A DNA stretch of 64,000 bases from Geosiphon pyriformis uo1 (taxonomy: Eukaryota > Fungi > Glomeromycota), in NCBI GenBank assembly GCA_016748015.1, contig JAAOMT010000602.1:1501696-1565695 (forward strand), in the 5' to 3' direction. This document shows, one piece after another, positions 25,165 through 38,386 of the stretch. The notes below the pieces were generated by a model. The model saw only the letters and a list, made by a program, of their open reading frames with translations, was not told the origin of the DNA and searched no databases. How positions within the stretch are numbered: the stretch's first letter is position 1; each line of letters begins with the position of its first letter. A program made the position numbers and the translations under genes.

Positions 25165-26368
25165 CCAGCTTAATACAAACTACTAAGAAAGCAAAGAGTG
25201 CAAAGATTCTGGTGAATACCAATCTCAAAAAATCTTCAATGTATTTAAATTGGACTGTGATTGTAAAAGAAATTCCAATTGAGATGTCAGCTGATGCTGT
25301 GCATACTGCAATGTCTGAATATGGTTTGGTAGTGTTGATCAAGATGCAACTAGTTGGATTATGGCAAAAAGCAGTAGTCAAATTTGGTAAGACTAAACAG
25401 ACTGACTTGATTGCAGCTTGTTAGTTTATCCTGATTGGAAAGAATGCAATATGTATGGCCAGGACTGATCAAAACAAAAAATTATAGAATACTAAGAATC
25501 TTTATAGAGCACTGTTCTATACTCTGCCAATAAGAACAAATGCTTATGACATCTGGGATTTTATTGGTTTTGTAGGTGAAAAAACATGTGCAATTAATCA
25601 TCATCCTATCATGTATGCCTGGATCAGATGTGCTGTTGTTTGTTTTGACTTGGCTGAGTCTTTGAATGCTGTCATGGGAACCATACCAGTAGTAAGGGGT
25701 GCTTATTTTCACTGGTCTCATCTTGTTTCTGCTGTGTATGCCAAGTGTGGAAAATCTGGTCATATATCTTTGGACTGTGTTTTTGGTAGAAAATTTTCTT
25801 CTGGTGGCTTGTCTTACAAAGTTTTTTCAGATGCTAATAAAAGCAGGCTGGCTGCCATTTATGCCAAATATTTAGCTCTGGTAGCCCATTTTGTTTCTTT
25901 TGGTGGTGTTTCTTGGACACAGATTGCTAATAAGTTATCTTTCCTATCTTTCTTTTTAAATAATAGTTTAGTTAGTTTTGGTTTCTCTTTGAAGAAAAAA
26001 CCTATTCCACTGGTGTCTGTGAAATTGAATAACAGATTTGCCACTCTTGAGTGCAGTTTTACTAATCTCACAGAGCAAGTTAATAAGCTGGCTAAGAAGT
26101 TGGATGCATTTGGGCCAACAGTTTTTCAGCCTAGTTCTGGATGTCAACCATTAGTGATCCTTTTATCACAAAATTAAAGAGTGAATATAGTAATGAGTAA
26201 AAGTTTAAGTGTGGTCATTAGTAGTAAAACTGTTGCAAGAGCAGTGAGTTTTAATCTATTAGTGGTCTCAAAACTGAAAGATACTTTAAACAATTTAATT
26301 AAAACATTAATGGACTTTTCAGCCAGAATGAAGAATACTGGTGTAAGTTCTGGCAATAATTTCTTTCA

Positions 26369-29300
26369 ATGACTGTTCTCATTTGGAAAATAGCTATGTG
26401 TAATGTTAAAGGCATAAATAATGTTGCTAAACAAGTAGACATTGTTTGATTGCACAAAGATATAAACAATTTGATTTTGATTTTTACAGAAACAAAGCTG
26501 AAAGGGAAGGTTTGTTTATAGATTACTAATAAGTTTGATAGTGTTTAGATTTTCACTTCTGGTTTGAATTCTGGTTACATGGGCTTTAAGGTTGCAATTG
26601 TCATGAATGCTTTTTTGGCTAGACATATATGTAAAATTTTTGAGATGTCTGGTCAGCTCTTTTTTTTTAGGTTACTCTTTAAAAATAAACTCTCTGTTTC
26701 AATTTTGGGGCTTTATGCTGATGTTTCTTCTACAGTTCAGTTCTTTTAAGCTGGTAATATCAATTCTTTGATTGCAAAAGCTGTGAATGAATCTTTTTTT
26801 GTTATCTTGGACAGCAATTTTAATAAAAATGGTTTCTACAGGTGTGCCAGTTTTAAGAAATGCTTTAATTTAGGTTAGGTTAATTTCTTGAATGGGAGTT
26901 TGTTTGTAAAGGTGCTGATATGGGCTAGTTCTAAAAGTATTACAAAAACAATTGACTATGTGCTTATTTTTTTTAACCTGGTTAATGCATTGGTAGGTCA
27001 TAATATGCTTTTAATTAAGGAATATTTTGACACTGATTATTAAGCTGTCTTTGTTTCTGTAAGATTGGACAGTTTGTTGGATGTGCATTTGAATTTTTTA
27101 CACAAGCAGGCAAATATAAACTATTGAAAGTTTGATGTTAAAAATGCTAATGAGGTGAAATAGAGTAAATTTAAGAATACTACAACAGCAAATACAGCAA
27201 TGTTTTCTGATGACTTTGCTACATTTAGGCAATTCTCTAATTTGAATGCAATGTGGGATGTAGTTTGCAAAGTTGTTACTCTTTCAGCTAATGAGATATT
27301 CAAAAAAATGCAGTTTAAAGATTTTAATAGTGTCTTTACCAAAAAATCTTCTAGGTTTTACAAGTTGGACCAAAAAGCATGAGGTGATTTTTGATATCTC
27401 TGATAATTGGTCTCGCCAATATCAGTCTTTGGGTTATGTTTTTAATAATGTCTTTTCTGATGTAATGTGTTTGATTAGTTTTGATGAAATGTTCAATGTA
27501 ATTTCAAGTCTGTCTGATGGAAAAATGGCCAGTTTGTTTGGTATCTCAAATGAATTGTGAATACACTATAATAATTTGGTTTTGAATATGCTTTTGGTGC
27601 TTTTGAATTTGTGTTTAATTTGTGAATCAGTATCTGAGCTTTGGAGAAAAGCTTGGGTTTTGATGATTTCCAAGCCATATGAGTAAAAGAATGTTCTTAT
27701 AAATACTTATCTTATTGCTTTAATTAAGACAGCTTGCAAAATCCTTTTCAAAATTCTTTCAGACAAGATTTTTTCTGCTTGTAATGCTTTTGAGGTTCTT
27801 TAAGAAGATAACTTTTCTATTTTAAAAGATACAACAACACAGTTTCCTATTTTTGCCATTAGTTCTGTAGTCAAAAACATCTTAGAAAAAAACTGGGAAC
27901 TGTGACTTGTTTTGTAGGATATACATAAGACCTATAATTCTGTTGGGTGGGAACATCTCAGAAAAAATTTGGTTAAGATCAAAATATGCAGCAGGTTCAT
28001 TAAATTTTTTGGTAGCATTCACAATAGTCATGTCAACAAAGTGATGATAGACTTTGGTTTGACTGATGAATATCAGATTTATAATGGATTAGATCAAAGA
28101 AAAGTTTTCTCACCTTTTCTTTGACACATATTCTATGATCTGCTTTTATGTAAGGTCAAGAAATAAAAGAGCATGTGTGGTTACAGATTGAATTCTTATT
28201 TTGTTGCTAAGACTGGCCAAGTAGAATTTTAGACTGAGATAATATTCTTTCTTGCTGCTAGTGCTTTTGTCAATAATACAATCTGGATTGGTAGTAGCCA
28301 AACTGCTATACAATACATTTTCAATGTTACTAGTGAATTTTTTCAGTTCAATGACATTTCAATTAATAATAACAAGACTATAGCCATTCTTATTAACTAT
28401 TTTTATCACTAAAAAAGAGAAATCTTATTGCTATTTGGGCATTTTTTTATCTTCTGAGGGTTTGTTGAAGCCCAGTTTGACTAAGGCTTATTTGGATGTC
28501 TGGGTTTTTACCAATTTAGTTTTGAAGAAAGCAATCTTTAATAAGCAGTTTGTATATTTGGTGTCTGCAGTTCTTTATCTTATTATCAGTTATAGAATTC
28601 AATTCAGTTATATTTTTATTGGCATATGTAATAAATATAACACTCTAATTCATAGGAGTTTAAAGTCTAAATTTGGTTTGTTGCTTGATTTTTCTAATGA
28701 CACTATTCATCATTCTTCTCTATATGATCTGAAAACATTTGAACAAATTCAGGCTAAGAGCAAATCAGCTGGTACTGTTTTCTTTGCAAACTCTGTTGGG
28801 ATTTTGGGTTAGCTGTTTTCTCACAGATTCCATAATCTGCAAGTTTTTAGCTGGCATCTGCTTCATTCTTTGCAGTTTTCAGTTAATATTAAAGTCAATC
28901 TTTTGAATAATTTTTTGGCAGGTGTGGTCCATATTTTTTCTGAATGTGATTTGTCTTTGGATGTCCCTATGGCTAATGCTTTTAGGTTTCAGAGTAGGAC
29001 TCCCATGTCTCTTGTTTTTGGTGATTCAAATTATTTTAAATATCTTTTTTCATTTTAACATTATAGGATTGGCTTTGTGGAACAGCTTTGTAACTGTAAG
29101 GGCACTGTTTTTAATTAGAAGATGTTCAAACAGTAAAAGTGATTGGACTCTTATGGCCTAGTTTCTGTTTAGTTTAAGCTCTCTGTTTGTTTTTTTTGTG
29201 ATGTAATTTCTTTTTCTGTCTACTTTCCACCTTTGGGTGGCTGTAGCTCTTTAAACATTCTTAAGTCTCATGAGTTTAAGGTCATTTGTGATGGTCTTTT

Positions 29301-30608
29301 GGGTACTAAAGCAGATCAACTTTCAGTTTATATGAATGAATTTTTATGTGATTTGAGAACTTTGGACATGAAGGCTGGTGCTGCAGCTTTTTTCAAAAAT
29401 GTAGATTTGGGTTTGAGTGTTGAGATTTTTGGTTTAATGTCTTCTATTATGGCAAGTTGCAGGCCATTGTATTGGTTTTTAAATGTATTCTTTCATCTTT
29501 TTTAGTTAACTTATATTTGGACAGCCAAACTGCTATAGATAGTTGCAGGTTAGAATTGAGTTTGGTTTGTCCAGATTTCAGAAATTATTGTTGGTTCAAA
29601 TGCTACCACATTGTGAATATTATCTGATGCAAAAATTTGAATGTTAATTAACATAAGGTTAAGGATTACTCAGGTGTTACAGGTAATAAATGTGCTGATA
29701 TGCTTGCCAAGACTGCCACTCTCTTTAGTTAGCATCTTTTATATTTGGTTGGTAAGCATTATATTAGGGCTGGTAGTAATGTTGTTTTTGACAATTCTAA
29801 ACATTTCATTTGTGAAGTTTTTCAGTTAGTTTTTTGTGTGTGTTGAGAAGTTGGCTTTGGTTCTCAGGTTGTGTCAGATAGTTTATATATGGATGTTAAT
29901 TGGTTTAGATCATCTTTGGTATGACATTCTGACTCTCATATGGCTGCTGGTTTCATCAGCAAATGTTCTGCTGGGTCCTACACATATCTTATGAAAGCTC
30001 TATATTATTGGCTACCTGTCATTTTGTGTAAGCAGCTATATAACAAGTGCTATCCCAGTGTGGTATTTTGTTTTATAATAAAATAGAGGTTTCAAACCAT
30101 GCTTTTTTTTGTGTTTTTGATGCTGCTGGTTGTACTCAGTTATTGAATGTTTATATAACTGCTTGGAGAGTACTTTCTGGTTTTCTTCACTCTGCTTTTT
30201 GTGTTTTACAATTGTTATTCATCTGTGTTTCTAATATTGTCATTAGTGTGGTTCTGTATAAGGGCTTTGTTTTCAATAACTGGTATCATAAGTCCTGTTT
30301 CTGTTTTCAAGAATTCCAAGGTAGCAAGTCAGAATATTATTGATTTTGTGCATGAGTTTTGTCTGGCTTTCTAGGACAAATTTTGGTTGGTTTGTACTAA
30401 ATACAGAGCTTTTATGGAGAAGAATAGGTTGATCCCACATGGTAGATCTATTTTTGTTTTAGTATTTGGGCTTTTTTTAATGCTTTCAACTGGTGTAGTC
30501 AAATTATTGGATATAGCTGAAGTTATTAATGTTAGTTTTGGATTTCATGAATCTTGTTTGTTTTTTTTGGGTATAGGGAATATGGTTTCTGTTTATATAG
30601 GTGGTTAA
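26369..30608 (+). pseudogene. LINE ORF2: AP endonuclease, reverse transcriptase, RNase H (many stops, some deletions)
   Basis: CNVKGIN...TETKL, IDYV, DTDY (APE); DIHKTYNSV, GLDQRKVFSP, AFVNNT (decayed FVDD); LYLDSQTAID, KVKDYSGVTGNKCAD (RNase H). Confidence 0.85.
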
Positions 30609-30849
30609 TATTGTTCTGTCTGGTTTGAGTAACTGGTCATGTGTAAAAAATACATGATTTACACTTAGTTTAGATTAATTGTATAATGTATTGTACTAGG
30701 TAGTGTTTGGACTTTACTCATTAAACATGTAAAAAAAATAAAAAAAATTAGTTTTTATAGAAATCTCTTTACATAAAAAATTTTGTTCAATTTTTAAACA
30801 TAAAACAAATTAGTCAAGTATTTTTATATTAATATTTTATTTAATTGTC

Positions 30850-33800
30850 CACAAAAAATACAAGAAATCTAAATTATACAAATCCAAGTTAGCTAAAAAA
30901 ACATTTATCAAAAAAGCAATTAAAAAGCACATGAAAAATTTTTGTTCTAATAAAAAAGGCATAATAAAAAATGTTCTAGACTAGTCATTTTGCAAAATAG
31001 TTTTAAAACACTTGATAATAAAGGATAAATTGGTTTTGAAACCAAAAAAAGTAAAACTTAGTGTTAACAAAATTATTAAAAATTAGACAAAAAAGCAAAC
31101 TGTATCTCTGATAATGCTTAATCTTTGGATTTATCAATATATACTATTAGACTATATGAATAACAATATTTTTTTTAGAATAATAAAAAAGATCAGTATA
31201 AAGAAATTGCTTTTGGTAATTAGTAGTCTATCTAATAATAAAGCTGTTAAATTGTCTGATATCTCCAATAAACTTTGAAAGCATAGTAGTAATAAAGTGA
31301 TAGAGTTTTTTTGGAATTGTTGAATTTATGTTTATCTCTTGGTAACATTTTTGTTTTATGAAAGAAAATTTGGGTTTTAATAATTTTCAAGTCATAATTA
31401 AGATAAAATTTTAACAAATACCTAATCTATTGCTTTAATTAAGACAGCCAAAAAAATTTTCTTAAAGATTTTATCTGATTAAATCTCAACTACATATAAC
31501 AAGTTTGATGTTTTATGTAGTAATAGTTTTTTAGTATTAAAAAATATTTCAATTTAGTCTTTTGTGTTTGCTGTTGGGTCTATAATTAAAGATGTTTTGG
31601 AAAAAAATAAAAAAATTTGGTTGGTCTTGCAAAATATACACAAAATATATGACTTAATTAGATGGCATCATCTAAGGGCTAGTTTTCAATAAATCAAAAT
31701 GTATAATTAGTTTTTTAACAACATATATAAGAGTAGAATCAATAAGAGATAATTAATTTTGGACTCTTAAATAGCTATAAAGTACATAATAAGTTGGATT
31801 AAAAAGAAGTTTTCTCATCTTTTCTTTGAAAAATTTTTATAATCCACTATTATATAAAGTTAAGAGGCATAAACATTTGTTCAAATATTGAATTTTTTAT
31901 GATTAATGATATTTTAATCAATAATAAAAAGATAATAACTATTTTTATCAACCAAAGCATTAAAGTTGCTTCTTTAAAAATCAGTGGCTTGCTAATTTTT
32001 ATTGTTAAGAGAAATGAAACACACAAATATTTAAGTATCTTTTTGTTGACTAAAGAATTGTTTAAGTCAAGTTTAGTTAAAACTTATTCTGATGTCTGAT
32101 TTTTTGTAAATATAGTGCTCAAAAAAGCCATTATGAATAAATAACGTTTTTATCTAATATTGGCTGTTTTGTAGCCCATAATTTGCTATAAATTTCAGTT
32201 TAGTTTTATCTTGTTAAGTGTGTATTATAAATAGAACATTATAATTAGAAAAAGTTTTAAGTTTAAGACTGATCTGCCACATAACTTTCTTAGTAAGATA
32301 TTGTATTACTTATTTTTATATGGCTTGAAATTGTTTAAACAAATATAAACTAAAACCAAATTAGTATTAGTGGTGTTTTTTGCCAATTTTCTAGGCATTC
32401 TTAAATAGTTGTTTGATCATAAACATTTGAATTTGCAGATTCTAAACTGGACTTTTTCAAATTTATTGTAATATTTTATCAAGTTACATGTTAGTCTTAT
32501 CAACAATTTTTTGGTAAAAGTGGTGAAAATTTTTTTGGTTAATGATTTATCTTTAAATAACAAGCTGTTTAGTGTATTTTACAGTTCTGAAAAATTTTTA
32601 ATATTAAATATTTTGGAAAAATCTTTGTATTATAATTCAGTTTACTTTTTAAAAAGATTTAGTGTGGTTTTTAATAATAGAATCTTGGACAAATATAATA
32701 ATATAATAAATTAAAAAACATTTTATCATTAAAAAAAACTAAATTCCAAAAGTTCTGTACTATTTTGGTTCAAGTTAACTTTAAAGTTTTTTTGTGATAA
32801 TACTTTTCTAATAATTAATTCTGATTATACCAATGGATCTGATGGGTTAAGTGTTTTGAAATCTAATAAGTTTTTTGATATTCATGAATATTTATATAAG
32901 ATTTGAACAGATACTATTAAAGTATACATTAATAGATTATTAAAAAATTTGAATTCTGTAAAAATGGCTTGTAAAACTGCAACATATTTTTTGACATTGT
33001 TATAGTAATTCTTTGAAATCTTAAATCAAGTTACAAACCTATAACTTGGTGTTTAATAGCTGATATGAATATTAGTATCTAAAAATTTTGGTATTTAAAA
33101 ATTTTGGTTAAGTTCTTTGTATAATGGACAGAGATTCAATAATGTTTTATCTGTTACTTTTTAGAATCACAATTCCATCAGTTTTTTTTAGTGTAGTGGC
33201 TGGTAATTCTCTTGGTAAACTATTTTTAATTTCAATTATCTATCCTTATTTCTGGATTTTTTACTAGTGTTATATTCTAACATTAATACTTCTATGTATT
33301 AATCAATTAATAAACAACAAAAAAACAACTAAAGAAAAAGAAATAAAGAGAAATAAAGAAAATAAGCCAAGATGATAAAAAGTTAGTATTTTGTTAATAG
33401 TCATAATCAAGAGTTATTGTTCCAATGTGATCATATATTAGATACTATTAACATAAAGTATTAATAGTAAGGAGAGTAATTTAGATGGTAAATAATTATT
33501 TATTGATATTGATGATTCTAATTAAGATGTTTTTTAATGAAAAAATCTTGGTATTGATTCTATCTTTTTTGCTTTTAACACTTTTGTTATATATACATAA
33601 TTTGGATTTTATGAAATCATTTACATTCTTGAGTAATGTGCTATAATTTCTTAAGCAATGCTTATATTGTTAAGCAATATGTTATAATTTTCTGATATTG
33701 TTTTACATTGCTAAGCAATATGCCATAATTCTTGACAATGTTCTACATTGCTAAGCAATGTGCTTATGTGTTAACTACGATTTTTCTATTGGTTTATCTG

Positions 33801-35180
33801 TTTTTTTTACTATTTTTTTGTATGTTTTTTTCTATGAGTAATAATATTAAATATGAGAATTAGCATTAAAATACATAATTTCTTAACATCCACAATAATT
33901 GAATTATAGACTGTTGCTCTGTTTTTGAAAAATGTCTTATCTTTTTATATAATAACTTTATATATAGATAATTAAGCTGTTATTAATATGTGTACTTTTA
34001 AGACTGGATTTAATACACTGAATTTTTGTAATTAATATTAAATAGAGAAAAGACTTATTAATAATCTGATAAAAAACAAGAATTTTACTGTCAGATGAAT
34101 TAAGATTAAAAACTATTTGAATATTTTGGACAATATTAAAACAGATTGAATATTAAGTAAGACTATAAACTCTTCCTTATTTTTGCCAAATAGAATTTAT
34201 AAATGTTTTATTGTGGTCAAAAACATGGCTGTTTTTGGCTTTGTTTGTTACTTCATTTATAATGTATATAAGTCTATATATTATGCTTATTAAAAAAATA
34301 GTCTTGGCTAAAATATGGTTTTAGGTAAATTAATTTAAAAGATAAATTAGTCATCTATTATAAAAATATAACATTTTAATTTAAATATGTTTTTTGGTTT
34401 TATGAATAAAAAATCTTCCAATCTGCATATATATTAATAAAAACTGTACATGAATACTTGTTTATAATAGTCAAAAAGAGACTATATAATTAAAATATTA
34501 TGTTTGTTATATGAAAAGATAGAATTTTTAAATCATGTTTTTATCTGTTCTAAGAATATTGTTATTTGTGAAGAGATTTTGACTAAGCTTTTTGGCATCT
34601 GAGTTTATTTAGTAGGTGTCTGTACTTTTTTTTCTTCTGTTATATTAAAAACTCTTTTTTGATATTTAGTTAATATAAATTTATATGCTTTAATTTGTAA
34701 AAAATTTGTGCTAAAAAAATGGTATTTGAAAGCTATCATGGTTTTTGTTAACAGAAAGAAAGCTTTAAATATTGTGGTTGTTTTTATGAGACAGTTAGTA
34801 AAATTTTATTATTTAAAGATTTGGCTTATTAAATTAAAGTTTAAAGTAAATATAAAGAAAGTGAGTTTAATAAGTAATAAAAGTATAAAGTCTGGTCTGG
34901 CTGTTAGCTTGGTAGCTAGTTTATTAAATAATGTGATTTATCTTTTGAAGTTTATTAAATTATTTGCTATTAGTTTTGGTAAACACAAACTGTATTTGTT
35001 TTTTTCTGACTTGAGTAATAATATAAAAGTTTATATAAATATATAGTATTATTTTGTCTGGCCTAAGTGAATAATTACATATAGAAAGCATATAAGTTGT
35101 ATTTAGTTTAAGCTTCTTAGTTTAATTCTATGTATTAAATAGCAATTAGATTTTACTTATTAAAATAAATAAATAAAAAA
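30850..35180 (+). mobile_element. Second, more decayed 5'-truncated LINE (RT-RNaseH-3' UTR)
   Basis: IALIKTAKKIF, LQNIHKIYD, HKYLSIF, decayed RNase H. 3' UTR matches 9266-9410. Confidence 0.8.
32998..33843 (-). mobile_element. Solo LTR of the element C family inserted in the LINE RNase H region
   Basis: Colinear with the other LTR copies. TSD acat (32994-32997) / atat (33844-33847). Confidence 0.85.
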
Positions 35181-38090
35181 TATAATTTAAAAAATTTTAA
35201 ACAGATTTAGATCAAAATAAAATAGTTTTTATAGTGGTTTTTTAATTATTAAAGATATTTTTAAAAAATTATTTTAATTATTAATTATTGAATTTGCAAA
35301 TTTTTATAAAATATCTTAAAATTTTTTGTTTATTTATATATATAGTTTAAGATAAAAAAAATGGAAATTATTATTTTAATTATAATTTAATAAAGATTTA
35401 TTTAAATAATATAAATTTTTAAATATATATAGTTTAATATTAAATAAATGTTTATTTAAAATAGTTTTATTAAAAAAATAAATGAGTTTATTTTTAACTA
35501 TTTTTTAAAGATAAAAAAAATTAATTATAAAATATATTACAAATATTTTTTTAATTTTTTATATATAAATAATTAATAAAAAATTCCATTTTTTAAAAAA
35601 AAAAGTTATAAATAAAAAAATTATCATATTATTTTTATTAATTATATAACTAATAATTATTAAACTTTAATAAAAATTTAATTATATATTATTAAGAAAC
35701 TAATAAATAAGTTTGATAATATTTGATATTATTTATTAAAATAATAAAATATTTTTTAAAAAAATTTTATTTAGATTTCCATTTTTTTTGTTTTAGACTG
35801 TATATTTAAATATTAGATTTATAAATAACTTTTAAAAATTTTTTTAAATTGTAATACTTTTTTTATTAATAGTTTATTTATTATATTTTAATATAAAATT
35901 AATATTTTTATAGTAAATATTTTAAACTTTATTATATTTCAAATATTTAAATTAATTAAAAAATTTAGTATTATATTTGTAAATTAATTATTAAATTAGT
36001 ATTATTTTAAGAAAACAGTTTTTATTTAATTTAAATTAATATTAAAATTTGATAAATTAAATAACTTAATTAAAATATTAATTATAGTATATGATTTAAA
36101 TTTTTGAATTATACGAAATTTTTGTGATTTTTTTTTAATTAAATTTGAATTAAAAAATATGTGTTTAAATAAAATTAAAATATTTATTAATAATTCTATT
36201 AAAAAATTGAATTTTTTTAATATAGCTAAAGATATATTAATTTATTTTTTGAATATAAATTAGATGTTAAAATTTATAATATTATATTTTTTATTTTTGC
36301 TAAATTACAAATAACTATATTAATGTTTAAATTTATTTTAATAATAAATATTATTATTAATACAAATAATTAAAGAGTATTAAATATATATAAAATAGAA
36401 TTTAATTTGTTTTAATCTAATATTTATAATAAATATTTAATTAATAATATTAATATTAAATTATCTTATTATTAATTTTTAGATTTTACAGATTTTTAAT
36501 AATATTAATATTTAATTATCTTTATATAATTATAGTAAAAAGTTTTTTAATACTCAAACATAATTTAAAACTTATTAATTTTATTTATAGTTTGGTTATT
36601 AATTTTAAAAAACTTATTTAGTTATCAAATTTTAACCTTAGAATAAAATATAAAAAAAATTTATTAATTAGTAATAATTTTGATATGTAGTTTAATAATT
36701 TTTGAATTTGAAAATTTTATTTGCAAAAAAGTTTATATATAGTTTGTTAATAAATTTTAATTTTATAATAAGTTTGTAATTTATTTTTAATAAAATTTGT
36801 AAAACTTTTAAAGCTATTAGTGTATTTTTTTAAATAATATATAATATAATTTTAATTAATTTAATTAACTAATTACATATAATTAAAACATAAATTATAA
36901 TATTATAATAAGTATTAGTTAAATTATACTTATTAAATAAAATAAAATAATTTTATGTTTAAAAACTTGTAAATAATAGTTTTAATAGATTTATTGTTAA
37001 ATTAATATAATTTATTACTTTTAAAAAGTGCAAAATTTATGGTTTTTGTTAAAATAAATTAATAAAACTTAATTAAAAACAAATAAAACAAAATTACCAA
37101 TAAAAAAAGTTGTATATATAATTATTAATAAATTGTAATATAATACAAAAACAATATTAAGTTTACAAGTTATAATATAAATAAAAAAATAATAATAAAT
37201 AACCAAAAAATTATTTAATTATAAAAATTATAAAAATAATTAAATAAAAAAATAATTAAAAAAAATTACATATTAAAAATAATAATATAATTCGAAATAA
37301 GAATATATTAAATAATAAAAATAATAAAACTAAATAATAGTAAGAATTTTTAAATAAATAAAAAATTTTTAATGACTAATTTTTAAAAAAATTCTCAAAA
37401 ACTGTAAATAACAAATATTATATAAATATTAAATTAATTAAAATATTTTTAACAATTATTATAATTACAAATATTAACAAAAAAAAATGTTATTTATTTT
37501 TAATTTAATTTATAATTATATAAAAATTAAACATCTAATAATATTTGTGTAATAATTAGCAATTTTAATTAAAAAAAAATTATTTTTTTAAAATTTATAA
37601 TTATAATCAGAACTAAAAATAAAAATCTACTTTTTTTATAATAATTAAAGAAAACAACAATCTAAAAGCTTTTTTAATGGTTTTTACCATTAAAATAAAC
37701 ATTGTAAAGCAGCTAAAATTCAAGTAAAAATTAACATAAAATCATCTCTTTAATTATTATTATTAATTAATATATATTATTGTTTTATATTTTGATTTTA
37801 CAAATTTTTATCTTTGTAAAATTGTGTATTAAATAATGTATTCTAAATTTTATATGTTTTAAAATTATCACATTAATAGTTTTGTAGTTAATATTTGTGT
37901 TAATATTTGAAAATTTTTTTATAAGTAATTACTATGTTGTTTATATACAATATTTTTGGATTATTTTTTTTCATTTTTTTCAAAACAGAAAAAATTTGAT
38001 TATGACAAAGCATCAAAAAAGTAAATTAGAGATCAATTGTTTTTTAAAATTAAGTTTACATAAAAATTTATTGCAATATATTTAAATAAT
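35181..38090. other. Extremely AT-rich desert upstream of the gene island
   Basis: Almost no G+C and no credible ORF. Confidence 0.6.
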
Positions 38091-38386
38091 ACGAAAAATA
38101 ATAGTCATGATTAAAATAAATTGATTTTCGGCTCATCTTTAACAGCGTATTAATTTACGATGCCATAACCGAATCATTTCTCTCTCAAATTCCAGACATA
38201 TATTTTACTTTTGAGGTTGTGAGTCGAAAAGACTGCTGTTTAATTTTCGTAAAATTTGAAGTGTTAGCTATCTAATTATGATTAAAATAACCCATTAAGA
38301 TAAAGTTATTTGGTAGATAAGAAGGAAAAGTTGCATAATGAAACAGTTGTTTAAAGCACCAAAAGAATATAATGGGAGATCCCGAC

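Larger units (their letters stand above)
11200..30750 (+). mobile_element. Near full-length decayed LINE (ORF1; ORF2 APE-RT-RNaseH), split by a Gypsy insertion at 11906-25164
   Basis: ORF1 rejoins in frame across the insertion (TSESS|LIQTTKK) and has a CAKCGKSGHISLDC-type knuckle (first Cys decayed to Tyr) near 25740. ORF2 motifs as listed separately. A-rich tail ~30731-30750. 5' end approximate. Confidence 0.9.

Noticed and set aside
268-35046. Many short ORFs in the track treated as host genes
   Set aside because: They are fragments or antisense shadows of decayed Gypsy and LINE frames.
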